Source: a virus
Lineage: Duplodnaviria > Caudoviricetes
Reading direction: 5' to 3' (one strand)
Virus record (IMG/VR): IMGVR_UViG_3300036715_004474
Span: 1-52,521 of that record
Length of the DNA: 52,521 nt
Under the pieces are notes generated by a model. It searched no databases. It had not been told where the DNA came from and was given only the letters and a program-made list of their open reading frames with translations. Of this stretch, positions 1-9,050 are shown piece after piece. The translations under genes were made by a program, and so were the position numbers. Each line of letters opens with the position of its first letter. Position 1 is the stretch's first letter.

Positions 1-612
1 TCAGATCGCGGCGTGGAGGGTGGAGAACGCGGCCGCCTCGGCGCGGAGCCAGGCGTCGTGGAGCGGAGCGTGGGCGCCACGCGCGGAGCGCACGCGGCCC
101 GCGGCGACGTCGAGCACCCCGAAGACGGCGCCCGGGTGCGCGGCCCCGAGCGCCCGCCCGAGCAGCTCCACGACCAGGTCGACGCGCTTCTGGGGGAGCG
201 GCTCGGTGGGCCACCAGGTGGCGAGGATCAGCGGGGCGCCGGCGACCTCGAAGGCGAGCTCGGGCGCGACGTCGATCTCCAGCTCGCCCAGCGAGACGGC
301 CGCGCGTGGGGGCAAGATCCAGCGGAGCGCCTGCGACGCCGCCGCGAAGGCGCGGTACCCCGCGATCAGGGGCGGGAAGAGGCGCCGCTTGCGCTCGTCG
401 ACGAGCGAGGGCACGAGCGCGTCGAGGACCGCGTCCGGGTGCCCGCCGACGTGCATGGCGACGATGGCCTCGCGCAGCGGCTTGTAGAAGTCGGTCAGGT
501 GGTCGTAGCGCCGATCCTTGGAGGCCTGGACAGCGGCGGCCCGCGCGGGGCCAGCGGTCAGCGCGAAGTCGACGAACAGCGGCAGCGAGATCCTCTCCAC
601 GAGGTCCTCCAC
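1..612 (-). CDS. Hypothetical protein, possibly a degenerate PD-(D/E)XK nuclease-like fold
   Basis: Globular 203-aa ORF (DFYKPLRE, IDVAPELAF, GVLDV); separated from the upstream operon by a hairpin. Confidence 0.6.
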   Translation of the reverse strand: MEDLVERISLPLFVDFALTAGPARAAAVQASKDRRYDHLTDFYKPLREAIVAMHVGGHPDAVLDALVPSLVDERKRRLFPPLIAGYRAFAAASQALRWILPPRAAVSLGELEIDVAPELAFEVAGAPLILATWWPTEPLPQKRVDLVVELLGRALGAAHPGAVFGVLDVAAGRVRSARGAHAPLHDAWLRAEAAAFSTLHAAI

Positions 613-646
613 GGGCGCGCCCTCGAGGGCGCGCGGAACGGGGTCC

Positions 647-690
647 AGAAACGACGACGCCCCGCGTGCCCGGGATGGGCGCGCAGGGCG
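647..690 (-). terminator. Probable intrinsic terminator of the leftward operon 752-3374
   Basis: 14-bp GC stem (658-671 / 677-690) followed on the minus strand by UCGUCGUUUCU; weak U-tract. Confidence 0.5.
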
Positions 691-751
691 CGGGGAAGGC
701 GAGAGCTGGGAAAGCGGGGAGAACCGCCGGCGGGCGGCGATCGCTGCGCTG

Positions 752-961
752 CTACGGCTTCTTCCGGTCGCGTCGGTCGTACGCCGCCGCGAGGTCGGCG
801 CTCATCCCGGCAGCCGCGGCGAACGCCGCCGCGGCCGCGTGGAGGTGCTGCGCCATCTCGGGAGCATCCGGTGCGGCGAAAACCTTGCCGAGCGCGAGCT
901 CGGCGCCCTGCAGGAGCTGGACGCGGAGGGCGGCGAGGCTGGGCACGGGCTTGTCGCTCAT
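752..961 (-). CDS. Small hypothetical protein (69 aa, MSDKPVPSLAALR...)
   Basis: ATG preceded by GGAGG; helical composition. Confidence 0.6.
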   Translation of the reverse strand: MSDKPVPSLAALRVQLLQGAELALGKVFAAPDAPEMAQHLHAAAAAFAAAAGMSADLAAAYDRRDRKKP

Positions 962-1001
962 GAAGGCCTCCGTACCGCGCGCGAATGCTTGCCGGAAGCC
1001 A

Positions 1002-2222
1002 TCACGCGGCGCCGATCTGCTCGCGTCCGGCGTTCCAGAGCCGGAGCGCGTGGGTGCGCGTGTCGGGCTCCGCGTCGCGCAGAACGACGTTGAGGAGGTC
1101 GAGCGCGCCGCGCATCGCCTCGGACGGCAGGGTCGGCAGGAGATCGGCCAGCGCGCCCACGACGGCGATCCGCTCGGCGTGGCCGCCGGGCTTCCACGCG
1201 AAGCGCGCGGCGACCTCGAGGTTGTTCCGCCACACCCTGACCCCGCGCATCTGGCAGCGCTCGCAGCCCCCGCGGATGCGACGCCGGCCGCCGTTGCAGC
1301 TCGAGCACAGGGCCGCGGCAGCTTGGACCTGGGGTTCGGCGGAAGCGTCGGGCTCCAGCGCCGCGGGGGTGGGCTCGGGAGGGAGCGGCGCCGGCGGGGC
1401 GGGCGCGGGAGGCGCGGCAGCGGGCGCGTCGTTGACGACATCGATGTCGTCGCCGTCGGGGTCGGCGACCATGGCCCCCGAGTCCCACCAGGCCGTCGCC
1501 CTGGCGCGGATGCCGGCGGGGGCGCGCCGGAGGAGCTGGCAGAGCAGCTCGCCCGCGCCGGCGTCGGCCTGCGCCGAGAGGGAGGGGCGGCGTTCCGCGA
1601 GCGCGGCCGCGATGGCGATGTACTCCGCGGCGTGGCTCGGCGTGAAGCCGGGCCCGACCTCCACATCGTTGCTCCAGATGCGGAGGCCGCGGCCGCGGCA
1701 GCGCGTGCAGGCGCCGGGGGCGCGGGCCATGTCGCAGTCCAGGCACCCGCGGACCCGGACGTCGCAGTCGAGCTCGGCGGCGATGTCGAGCGTGCGCTGG
1801 AGCTGCTCGGGCTCGGAGGCCTCCTCGAGGACGGGCTCGTCGACGAGGGGGGCGAGATCCTCGGCTGCCGGGGCGGGGGTGGGGGCCTCTTCGTCGACGT
1901 CGAAGAGCTGCTCGAGCGCAGCTTCGGCCGGGGCAGGCGGGGCGCCCTCGTCGACGAGCGCGACATCAAGCCCGGGAACATCCTCGAGGACGACGCCGGC
2001 GGGCTCCGGCGCGGGCGCCGCGGCCGCCGGAGCCTCCTCGACGGCAGCCGCAGGGATGGGCGCGCGCCCGGCGTGGTCGAGGACCTCCGCCAGGTCGAGG
2101 ACCTGGCCCTCGCCGGCGAGCTCGTACCCGAGCAGGGTCACGCGGTGGACGGCGCCGCCGCTCGGCAGCGGCGCGGACTCGAACAGGCACAGGCTGAGGA
2201 TGGTGGCGACGATCGGGGACAT
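1002..2222 (-). CDS. Hypothetical protein with two tandem CxxC...CxxC zinc-ribbon/helical domains
   Basis: ATG at 2222 with GGAGG RBS; internal ~90-aa duplication. Confidence 0.75.
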   Translation of the reverse strand: MSPIVATILSLCLFESAPLPSGGAVHRVTLLGYELAGEGQVLDLAEVLDHAGRAPIPAAAVEEAPAAAAPAPEPAGVVLEDVPGLDVALVDEGAPPAPAEAALEQLFDVDEEAPTPAPAAEDLAPLVDEPVLEEASEPEQLQRTLDIAAELDCDVRVRGCLDCDMARAPGACTRCRGRGLRIWSNDVEVGPGFTPSHAAEYIAIAAALAERRPSLSAQADAGAGELLCQLLRRAPAGIRARATAWWDSGAMVADPDGDDIDVVNDAPAAAPPAPAPPAPLPPEPTPAALEPDASAEPQVQAAAALCSSCNGGRRRIRGGCERCQMRGVRVWRNNLEVAARFAWKPGGHAERIAVVGALADLLPTLPSEAMRGALDLLNVVLRDAEPDTRTHALRLWNAGREQIGAA

Positions 2223-2329
2223 AACGACCTCCACGCCGGCAAGCCCGCTCTCCGCGAGGGAGGCAGGCCGGGGCTGAGCGCGTCGCGCTCGGGGTGCATG
2301 GCGGGCGCGCGCCGGGGCGCGCCCGCAGG

Positions 2330-2647
2330 TCAGCGCGCGCGGCGCTCGAGGAGCTCGATCGCGATATCGAGTCGACGCACGACCCCCGCCAGCGCGGGCG
2401 CGAGGGTCGCCGGGTCCACCAAGGCCCCGGGGCGCAGCGCGCACGCGGCGGCGAGCGCCTCGACCGCATCGAGCTGGTGGCGCGCGTTGCGCACGGCACC
2501 GAGCGCCGGGTCGTCGTCGCCGGCGAGGGCGTAGAGGAGCAGCTCGACCAGGTCGGCGTCGCGCAGCTCGCCGCGGCTGAGGTCGCCCCGGGGCGCGGGC
2601 AGGGCAGGGGGGAAACCCCCGACGGCGCCGCCGTCGTGGGGGCTCAA
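2330..2647 (-). CDS. Hypothetical protein
   Basis: Coupled to the upstream ORF by a 4-nt overlap. Confidence 0.55.
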   Translation of the reverse strand: MSPHDGGAVGGFPPALPAPRGDLSRGELRDADLVELLLYALAGDDDPALGAVRNARHQLDAVEALAAACALRPGALVDPATLAPALAGVVRRLDIAIELLERRAR

Positions 2648-2850
2648 GCTGCCACCCGCAGCGGGCTACGGCGCCGGCGACCGCGCGCCACGACGACGGC
2701 CCGCCGGGGCCGGACGCGCACCGGGACGCCGTGCGCGGGGTCGCGGAGCTCCATGAACAGCGAGTCGTGCAGGACGCAGGGGTCGCCCGCCTCGCAGCGC
2801 CGGCAGGGCGCCTGGATCACCACGACCGTCTCGGCCGCGGCGCCCATCAC
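2644..2850 (-). CDS. Small hypothetical protein with CxxC...CxxH motif
   Basis: Overlapping start/stop codons with both neighbours. Confidence 0.55.
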   Translation of the reverse strand: MMGAAAETVVVIQAPCRRCEAGDPCVLHDSLFMELRDPAHGVPVRVRPRRAVVVARGRRRRSPLRVAA

Positions 2851-3374
2851 GCCACCTCGAGCTGCGCGGGGCCGCTCACCCGGACCAGGCCGCCGACCAC
2901 CTCGCCCGTGAGGTGGCGCATCGACAGCGAGGCCGCGAACATCTTGAGGGCCTGGCCGCGCGAGCCCGTGCCGTACCAGTGCGCGACGATGTGCCCGCCG
3001 GCGACGCCCAGCTCGTAGCGCCCCTGGGCGCTGTAGCCGAGCAGCATCCGGCCCGCCGCGACCCGGGCCACCCGGCCCGCCTCGAGGCGCTGCCCCTCGA
3101 GGGTGATGGGCGCCTCGTCGAGGGCGAGCCGCTCGGTGGCCAGGTAGCAGACCTCGGCCACCACTTCGGTGATGTCCGCGACGGTGGCGCCGTCGAGCTC
3201 GTACGCCGTGAGCGAGATCCGGCGGACGCGCACCTGGTCGATGACGGCCGAGGCGCCGAGGATGAGGGAGGCGACGCGGCGGGCGATGCGCTGGGCGCGG
3301 TCGGTAGCGTCGGCGAGGAGGTCGGAGAGGGCGCGCGGGTTGCCGGGCGCGGAAGAAGCGCGTACGTGGGCCAT
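2847..3374 (-). CDS. Hypothetical protein, first gene of the leftward operon
   Basis: ATG at 3374 after GAGG; faces away from a divergent promoter region. Confidence 0.65.
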   Translation of the reverse strand: MAHVRASSAPGNPRALSDLLADATDRAQRIARRVASLILGASAVIDQVRVRRISLTAYELDGATVADITEVVAEVCYLATERLALDEAPITLEGQRLEAGRVARVAAGRMLLGYSAQGRYELGVAGGHIVAHWYGTGSRGQALKMFAASLSMRHLTGEVVGGLVRVSGPAQLEVA

Positions 3375-3475
3375 AGCTCGATGCCTCTGCGTAGGAGGTG
3401 GAGGGTCAGGACCTCGCCAGCGCTTTCCTCGCTGGCGGAGTCCGTCTGTTTGCTCAGACAAGCCTGATACATGAT

Positions 3476-3575
3476 GCGAGAACATGCAAGGCATTAACGT
3501 GCGCGGCGCGCGTTTTTCTGACCGGATGCTTTCTGCGGGTTAAAGCCTTGCGTTATCTCGCGCGCCGCGTAACCT
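3476..3575. promoter_or_regulatory. Divergent promoter region with a 23-bp imperfect inverted repeat (putative RHH operator)
   Basis: 3476-3498 vs 3539-3561 match 19/23 as an inverted repeat; rightward TTGCGT-16 bp-TAACCT. Confidence 0.6.
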
Positions 3576-3582
3576 GAACGGC

Positions 3583-3906
3583 ATGCCGAGACCCAGGGAG
3601 GTCGACCGTTCCACGGTGGCCGAGACGAATGTTACGTTTCGCGCCAGTAGGCGCACCCGTGCCCTGCTTGATGGCTTGGTCGGACGGGCGAAGGAGAAGG
3701 CTGCCGCCGTAGGCGGCAGCGCGTCGATGGGGTCCTACCTCACGGCGATGATCGAGCGCGAGGCCACTGCCGAGGGCATCAGGGTGGAGGAGGCTCAAGA
3801 GCCGCCTGCGGCGTCACCGGCGAAGAAGTCCCCGGCCCGAGCGGCGCCACCTTCGAAGCTGGCGCCGCCGATGAGCGCCCCCGGAAAGAAGGAGCGACGG
3901 CGATGA
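3583..3906 (+). CDS. Ribbon-helix-helix DNA-binding protein
   Basis: TNVTFRASRRTRALLDGL...SMGSYLTAMIERE strand-helix-helix pattern. Confidence 0.7.
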   Translation: MPRPREVDRSTVAETNVTFRASRRTRALLDGLVGRAKEKAAAVGGSASMGSYLTAMIEREATAEGIRVEEAQEPPAASPAKKSPARAAPPSKLAPPMSAPGKKERRR

Positions 3907-4613
3907 CGAGACGGAGCGGCTTGGTCGTCCTGTTGGTGGTCGGAACATGGGCCTGTGGGCGCATGGAGACCGTGATCTCTGAAAAGAACCCGCCTCCGAC
4001 CGTCAAGCCAGCAGACGCGGCGGCGACCCCTATTGCGGTCCCCGACGACGAGGAGGCAGCGGAGGCGGTGACCGTACTGCGGCAGGTGTGGCCCATCGGC
4101 CAGGCGGACGACTTCGCCGAACAGGCCGACGACTGCGACAAGACCCCACGCGGCCTGCCGGCCATCCGGGCTTGCTACGCGAAGCTCCTCGCGTTGGCCG
4201 AGACCCAGCGCGCCAAATTGCTCGCGCAGTCGTTGGCGCGGCTCGCATGCGGTCGTGAAATCGAGGCCGCTCACCGGAAGCTCGCGGAGCACGAAGTTAC
4301 GTGGCTCCTCGCTGAGCTGGCTTGGCTTGACAAGAATCAGGCGGGGCTGGGCCGAGCCGCGGCGGGCAGAACGCTCACGGCGGCTTGCGACCTGCCCGGC
4401 GACGTCTGCGACGGACAGCCGGCACCGGGCGACGGCTACGCGGTCGTGATGCGCGTCGAGTGTACCAAGCGACTGTTTCGCTGCGGCTTGGCTGGCAACG
4501 TCTGCTCGATCAACAAGGTCGCGGCTGCTCTGGGACTTGGGCCTGACGCGAAGCCCAGCGGTGTAGACGGCGAGCTCTGCGTGAGATCAACCGGCAAGAC
4601 GCTGGCGCGGTAA
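3903..4613 (+). CDS. Cysteine-rich putative lipoprotein (moron)
   Basis: Basic N-terminus, hydrophobic stretch, lipobox-like TWAC; about ten Cys; lower GC. Confidence 0.7.
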   Translation: MTRRSGLVVLLVVGTWACGRMETVISEKNPPPTVKPADAAATPIAVPDDEEAAEAVTVLRQVWPIGQADDFAEQADDCDKTPRGLPAIRACYAKLLALAETQRAKLLAQSLARLACGREIEAAHRKLAEHEVTWLLAELAWLDKNQAGLGRAAAGRTLTAACDLPGDVCDGQPAPGDGYAVVMRVECTKRLFRCGLAGNVCSINKVAAALGLGPDAKPSGVDGELCVRSTGKTLAR

Positions 4614-4628
4614 GCGCAGGGGACTCCG

Positions 4629-5129
4629 ATGAACAAGCCGTTTTATCTTTTGCTCCTCGCGGGCCTCGCGGCGTCGAGCGTGGTCCACGCCCAGGAGGCC
4701 ACCCCCGTGGCGCCCGTGCTGCCGGCAACGACCTTGCCGCCAGCGGTCGCCAGCCCGCCGGCACCGCTGATGCCGCCCCCGGTGTTCCCGCCGGGCGCTG
4801 GCGCGCCACCGGCTCCCGCGACACCGGCTGCGCCCCCGCCAAGCTCGGGCCTCGCTTGGCTCGTCGTCGGCGGCCTGGCGACCGCTGGCGGTATCGGCAA
4901 CCTGGCGACGTCGCCGCTCTGCGAGCTGCACGCGATCCGCTTGAGCGCGCGGACGCCGTGCCTCGGGATGTCGCTGGCGTTCGGCGCTGGCCTGCTCGCC
5001 CTGGGGATCCCGCTCCTGGTCGTCGGGAGCGGGAAGCGGAGCGCGTGGATGGATTGGACGAAGCGCGCGCGCGTGGGGTTCGTGGGCATCCCGGGCGGTG
5101 GCGCGGCAACGTGGACGACTGCGTTCTGA
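4629..5129 (+). CDS. Putative membrane protein with signal peptide and Pro-rich linker
   Basis: Signal peptide ending VHA; two hydrophobic segments. Confidence 0.7.
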   Translation: MNKPFYLLLLAGLAASSVVHAQEATPVAPVLPATTLPPAVASPPAPLMPPPVFPPGAGAPPAPATPAAPPPSSGLAWLVVGGLATAGGIGNLATSPLCELHAIRLSARTPCLGMSLAFGAGLLALGIPLLVVGSGKRSAWMDWTKRARVGFVGIPGGGAATWTTAF

Positions 5130-5145
5130 TCTGAGGGAGGAAGCG

Positions 5146-5520
5146 ATGGGAGCGATGGCGAGACGGATGCAGGTGCTGGTGGCGTTGGCGGTGGGGTGCG
5201 CCTTCGGGAGCGGCGCGACGGGGTGCGCGTTCATCTTCCTGGGCACGGCGCGCGCTGACACCACGGTAACCACCGAGTGCAAGAGCACGGGGCAGACGGT
5301 AACCTATGCGCTACCTGACGACTCGCCGGAGACGCTGGCGGGGCTGTCCGTCGTGACCACCTACGTCTGCGGGGATGGCACGAGAACGGTGTCGGTGGTG
5401 GGGAACACGTTCGCGTTCAACGGCATCGCGACGGCGCAGTGCGACTTGAAGGCGCCGGACAAGGATCACCACCTGTGCACGGACGCTCCTTCGGAGACCA
5501 TCTCCTTCGTCAGCCGCTGA
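5146..5520 (+). CDS. Putative secreted protein or lipoprotein
   Basis: GGAGG RBS; hydrophobic N-terminus with AVGC/ATGC; Cys-containing beta-rich body. Confidence 0.65.
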   Translation: MGAMARRMQVLVALAVGCAFGSGATGCAFIFLGTARADTTVTTECKSTGQTVTYALPDDSPETLAGLSVVTTYVCGDGTRTVSVVGNTFAFNGIATAQCDLKAPDKDHHLCTDAPSETISFVSR

Positions 5521-5538
5521 GGACGGGCATGATGTCCA

Positions 5539-6618
5539 TTATTCTTGGAGCTGCGCGGGAGCGTTTCCCGTGTACGTGATGACTGACTTCAGGAAGGGCT
5601 GCCACGCACCTCCAGTCAGGATGAACATGGCGAACGCGGGGGCCGGGTTATTCGTAACGGCGACTCCGCCGCCGGTGGTCACGCGCCCGATGTCGATGCC
5701 GTTCACCGTGACCAGCCCCACGCCGCCGACGGGCACGTAGACGGTGACCACCTGCCCGTCGGCCGCGCCGCCGGGCACGCTGAGCGCGACGGTGCCGATG
5801 CCCGAGCCCGAGGCGCCGTTGGTGACCGCCCAGAAGTCGGCGATGGTCGGGTCGGCGATCGTGACCGTGCCGCCGATGGTGAGCGCGAAGGTGGAGCGCC
5901 TGAAGAGGGTCTTGGCGCCCGCGCCGCTCTTCGTCAGCGTTCCCGTCTGGGTGCAGCTCACCAGGTCGAGGATGCTGACGGGGGAGTTGGCGCTCGAGGC
6001 GAAGCCGGCGCCGGCGGTGAGGACGATGGCGGCGCCGGCGGGGCTGTTGTTGTCGCCCGTGAGCGTGATCGTCGCCGGGTTGGTGTGCGTCCCGGTGACG
6101 TACACGTTGCCGCCCGCCTGCACGGTCAGGTCGCCGTACTGGGTGACGACCAGGTGACCAGCACCGCCGAAGGCGTCGCCGAGGAGGATGGTGCCGTTGC
6201 CGCCGCCCGAGCCGAAGTCGGCGACGATCATCTGGCCCGCGAGATCGAGGAAGCCGCCCGGCTCGACGACGGCGACGCCGCCGCTCTTCACGTCGATCTG
6301 GCCGCCCGAGCGCACGTAGGCGTAGCCGCCGCTCTTCACGTCGACGTTGCCGCCCGAGTTGATCCGGATCGTGCCCTCGACGTCGAGGTGGCCGCCCACC
6401 GGCACATCCCCGTCGGTGACCGCCAGGGGCGCCTCGAGGGTGATGTTGCCGCCGCCGGCGGGGAAGTCGAGGGTGTGGCCGGCCTGGAGGTTGTAGGTGC
6501 CACCACCGACGCCGTCGACGGCGTCGGCGACCGCGGCGCGGACGAAGTTCAGCCAGGCGCTGGTCACCGTCCCGGTGAACGCGACGAACGGCATCGAGGG
6601 GAAGAGGGCGAAGCTCAT
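5539..6618 (-). CDS. Putative tail fibre / receptor-binding protein with Gly-rich beta-solenoid repeats
   Basis: Last gene of the tail operon; 8-aa repeats NSGGNVDV/KSGGYAYV/RSGGQIDV/KSGGVAVV. Confidence 0.65.
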   Translation of the reverse strand: MSFALFPSMPFVAFTGTVTSAWLNFVRAAVADAVDGVGGGTYNLQAGHTLDFPAGGGNITLEAPLAVTDGDVPVGGHLDVEGTIRINSGGNVDVKSGGYAYVRSGGQIDVKSGGVAVVEPGGFLDLAGQMIVADFGSGGGNGTILLGDAFGGAGHLVVTQYGDLTVQAGGNVYVTGTHTNPATITLTGDNNSPAGAAIVLTAGAGFASSANSPVSILDLVSCTQTGTLTKSGAGAKTLFRRSTFALTIGGTVTIADPTIADFWAVTNGASGSGIGTVALSVPGGAADGQVVTVYVPVGGVGLVTVNGIDIGRVTTGGGVAVTNNPAPAFAMFILTGGAWQPFLKSVITYTGNAPAQLQE

Positions 6619-6622
6619 GGGA

Positions 6623-7249
6623 TCACCGCTGGTAGAGCTTCGCCCACTGGATCGCCTTGTCGGCGCGCCGCTGGACGTAGATGTGCACGTGGTTGAAGAG
6701 CACGGCCCACGCCGCGGGCGTGAGCAGCGCCGCGCCCGAGAGGCCGGGGAGCAGCGCCGCCACGGCGCTCGTGTTGGGCATGAGCTGGATGCGCCCGCTC
6801 GCGCTGGCGTCGGGCATCGTCACCAGAAACGGCGGCGCCGCGTACTCGGTGAGGGTCGGGCTGCCGGCGATGGGGTAGCGCCCCACGTCGCGGCGCAAAT
6901 AGACGTACCAGTCGTACTCGTGGACGCCGGCGACCGCGTCGTGGTCGGTGGGCGAGGGCGTGCAGGTGATGCTGAGCGGCCAGCACGTGTCGCCGTTGCC
7001 GAGGGTGGTGGGCGCGATGAGCGGGCCGATCGGGCCGCCGGGCGCGAACTGGTGCCCGCCCATGGTGGCCACCCGGAACGTCGACGAGAACCCGTTCACG
7101 CGGAGCTTGGAGCCGGAGCTCGTCCCGACGTTGTCGATGCTCCCGTCCGCGAGCAGCGGCCCCGGCCAAGCGGGGAGGCCGTCGCGGGCGATCGGCGCGC
7201 CCACGAGCGCCGCGAACCGCCGCCACTGGCTGTAGGTGGCGCAGATCAC
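6623..7249 (-). CDS. Hypothetical tail-region protein
   Basis: GTG start overlaps the upstream stop; globular sequence. Confidence 0.65.
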   Translation of the reverse strand: MICATYSQWRRFAALVGAPIARDGLPAWPGPLLADGSIDNVGTSSGSKLRVNGFSSTFRVATMGGHQFAPGGPIGPLIAPTTLGNGDTCWPLSITCTPSPTDHDAVAGVHEYDWYVYLRRDVGRYPIAGSPTLTEYAAPPFLVTMPDASASGRIQLMPNTSAVAALLPGLSGAALLTPAAWAVLFNHVHIYVQRRADKAIQWAKLYQR

Positions 7250-7854
7250 GCCGGGTGGCCCTGGGCGGGGGCGTGCTCGTCGAGCACGACGAAGCGCTCG
7301 CCGGGCGGAGGGCTCGCGGCCGGCGCGCCGCCCGGGGGGCTGGCCGCGTTCGAGCTCGCCGCCGGCGGCGGCGGCGAGGCCGGATGGGCCGCCTCGATGC
7401 GCATCACCCGGGCGTCGAGCTGGAGACCCTGGAGCCCGTTGACGGCGAAGACCCACACCTCGTCACCCGGGTAGACCTCGAGCAGGCGGATCTGCGCGAG
7501 CACGGCGCCGGCCTGGGGGCCGACGGAGCCCGCGAGCTCATCGAGCGTGAGGACGAAAGCGAAGACGCCGCACGCGGCCACCGGCGCGAAGAGCCCGATG
7601 CGCCGCTCGACGAAGCTCCGGCCGAAGGCGCAGTCGACGGCGCACACCAGCACGACCACCTCGGCGCCCTCGTCCATCTGGGCGAGGGCGTGCGCGCGCA
7701 GGGCCCTCCCCGTCGGGATGGCCTCGGCCGCGGCCCTGGTGAGGCGCCGGAGGCGCCCCTCCGGCGTCTGGGGGACGTCGCGCAGCGCGACCGTGAACGG
7801 CACGGCCTCGCGGCCGCCCTCCGGCGCCGGGGGGCCGTAGAAGACGAAGTTCAT
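7246..7854 (-). CDS. Hypothetical protein (MNFVFYGPP...)
   Basis: ATG with AGGAG RBS; this is the real 3' part of the 1203-aa shadow ORF. Confidence 0.65.
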   Translation of the reverse strand: MNFVFYGPPAPEGGREAVPFTVALRDVPQTPEGRLRRLTRAAAEAIPTGRALRAHALAQMDEGAEVVVLVCAVDCAFGRSFVERRIGLFAPVAACGVFAFVLTLDELAGSVGPQAGAVLAQIRLLEVYPGDEVWVFAVNGLQGLQLDARVMRIEAAHPASPPPPAASSNAASPPGGAPAASPPPGERFVVLDEHAPAQGHPA

Positions 7855-7871
7855 GAGCGAGCTCCTGCGGG

Positions 7872-8519
7872 TCAGATCAGGGTCATGTCGGGGATGGCGA
7901 CGTCGGGGATACAGCCGCCCTCGAAGGTACCGATGGCGACCTTCATCCAAGCGGGCACGAGGATCGCCAGCTCGAGGCGGAGGCGGCGCACCAGGTCGAG
8001 GAACGCGGCGTCGGGCAGGCCGCCGCGCACGAGCTGCACAGCGATCGCGGCGCGGTCGCTGGCGCGCTCGCAGCCGGGCGGGCCGGGGTTGATGCCGGGC
8101 AGGTAGATGTTCTCGGTCGAGGGGTCGACCATCGCGAGCCCGAGGAAGGTTGCACCGGCGAGGCGGACGCACAGGCCGTAGATCTGGGAGATCGCGTTGC
8201 CGGCGAGCCCCAGGAAGCGCGCCTGGAGCGCCGCGCGCCGGTCGGGCTCGGTGTCGGTCGGGAGGGGGCGCAGGTCGCAGGCCTCCTCCCAGGTGGGCAG
8301 GGTCTCGATCATGCGGGTCGGGTCGAGCTGGCCGCTGAGCCGCCGGTTGATGGCCCAGACGTTGGCGATGCCGAGCGCCTCGGCGTACGTCAGCGCGAGC
8401 TGCTCCGGAGCGGTCGGGTCGAGGCCGTCCTCGAGGGCCTGCAGGAGCGCGTCCTGCTCGACCTCGATGTCGTCGGGCCCGCCGCCCAGCGGCAGCGCCA
8501 GCGGGTAGCCCAGGGGCAC
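7872..8519 (-). CDS. Baseplate wedge protein, Mu gp48/YmfQ-like
   Basis: LDPTRMIETLPTWEEACDL...RRAALQAR motif; follows baseplate J. Confidence 0.8.
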   Translation of the reverse strand: MPLGYPLALPLGGGPDDIEVEQDALLQALEDGLDPTAPEQLALTYAEALGIANVWAINRRLSGQLDPTRMIETLPTWEEACDLRPLPTDTEPDRRAALQARFLGLAGNAISQIYGLCVRLAGATFLGLAMVDPSTENIYLPGINPGPPGCERASDRAAIAVQLVRGGLPDAAFLDLVRRLRLELAILVPAWMKVAIGTFEGGCIPDVAIPDMTLI

Positions 8520-8522
8520 GGG

Positions 8523-9041
8523 CTACCGCGCCTCGATGCGGATGGCGGCGCCGCCGCCGAGATCGCTGAGGGCGTTGCTGCCGTTGAGCACGTAGACGGT
8601 CAGCGTGTAGCCGTTGCGGTCCACGCGCACGGTGCATGCCGGCGTGGCCGAGCCGTCCGGCCCGCCCGACGCGTCGACGAAGATCACCTGCTCCGAGGTG
8701 ACGATGACGCCGTCCGGGTCGAGGCTGAAGGTGTACGTGCCCGGCGTCACCCAGCTGGCCGGTGTCGACACGGTGTAGATGCCCGAGCCCGTGCGCGTGA
8801 TCGTGGGCGCATTGGCCGAGCCCGCGCCCCACTGCGCCCCGAATCCGGTGCAACCGACGGGGCCGTTGGCGAGGGCGGTGTTGAAGTGGGCCCAGAGCTT
8901 CGTGGCGGTCTGGGTCATCTGCGCCGCGTCGTTGGCGAGGAGGTTCCACTCCGCCTGGCAGATGTCCGTCCGCGGGTTGGCGAGGACGCGCGCGTTCTTC
9001 TTCGGCGACGCGTACGAGCCGATGGTGCGCAGGAGGGTCAT
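8523..9041 (-). CDS. Tail/baseplate-associated beta-rich protein
   Basis: ITRTGSGIYTV motif typical of fibre-associated domains; gene order. Confidence 0.6.
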   Translation of the reverse strand: MTLLRTIGSYASPKKNARVLANPRTDICQAEWNLLANDAAQMTQTATKLWAHFNTALANGPVGCTGFGAQWGAGSANAPTITRTGSGIYTVSTPASWVTPGTYTFSLDPDGVIVTSEQVIFVDASGGPDGSATPACTVRVDRNGYTLTVYVLNGSNALSDLGGGAAIRIEAR

Positions 9042-9050
9042 CTATCGGCC

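Noticed and set aside
1-5538. Left attachment site
   Set aside because: No copy of the tRNA 3' sequence was found by eye; the boundary cannot be called
5539-6618. Diversity-generating retroelement or invertible tail-fibre cassette
   Set aside because: No reverse transcriptase, TR/VR pair or alternative fibre ends were seen; the second recombinase is 27 kb away
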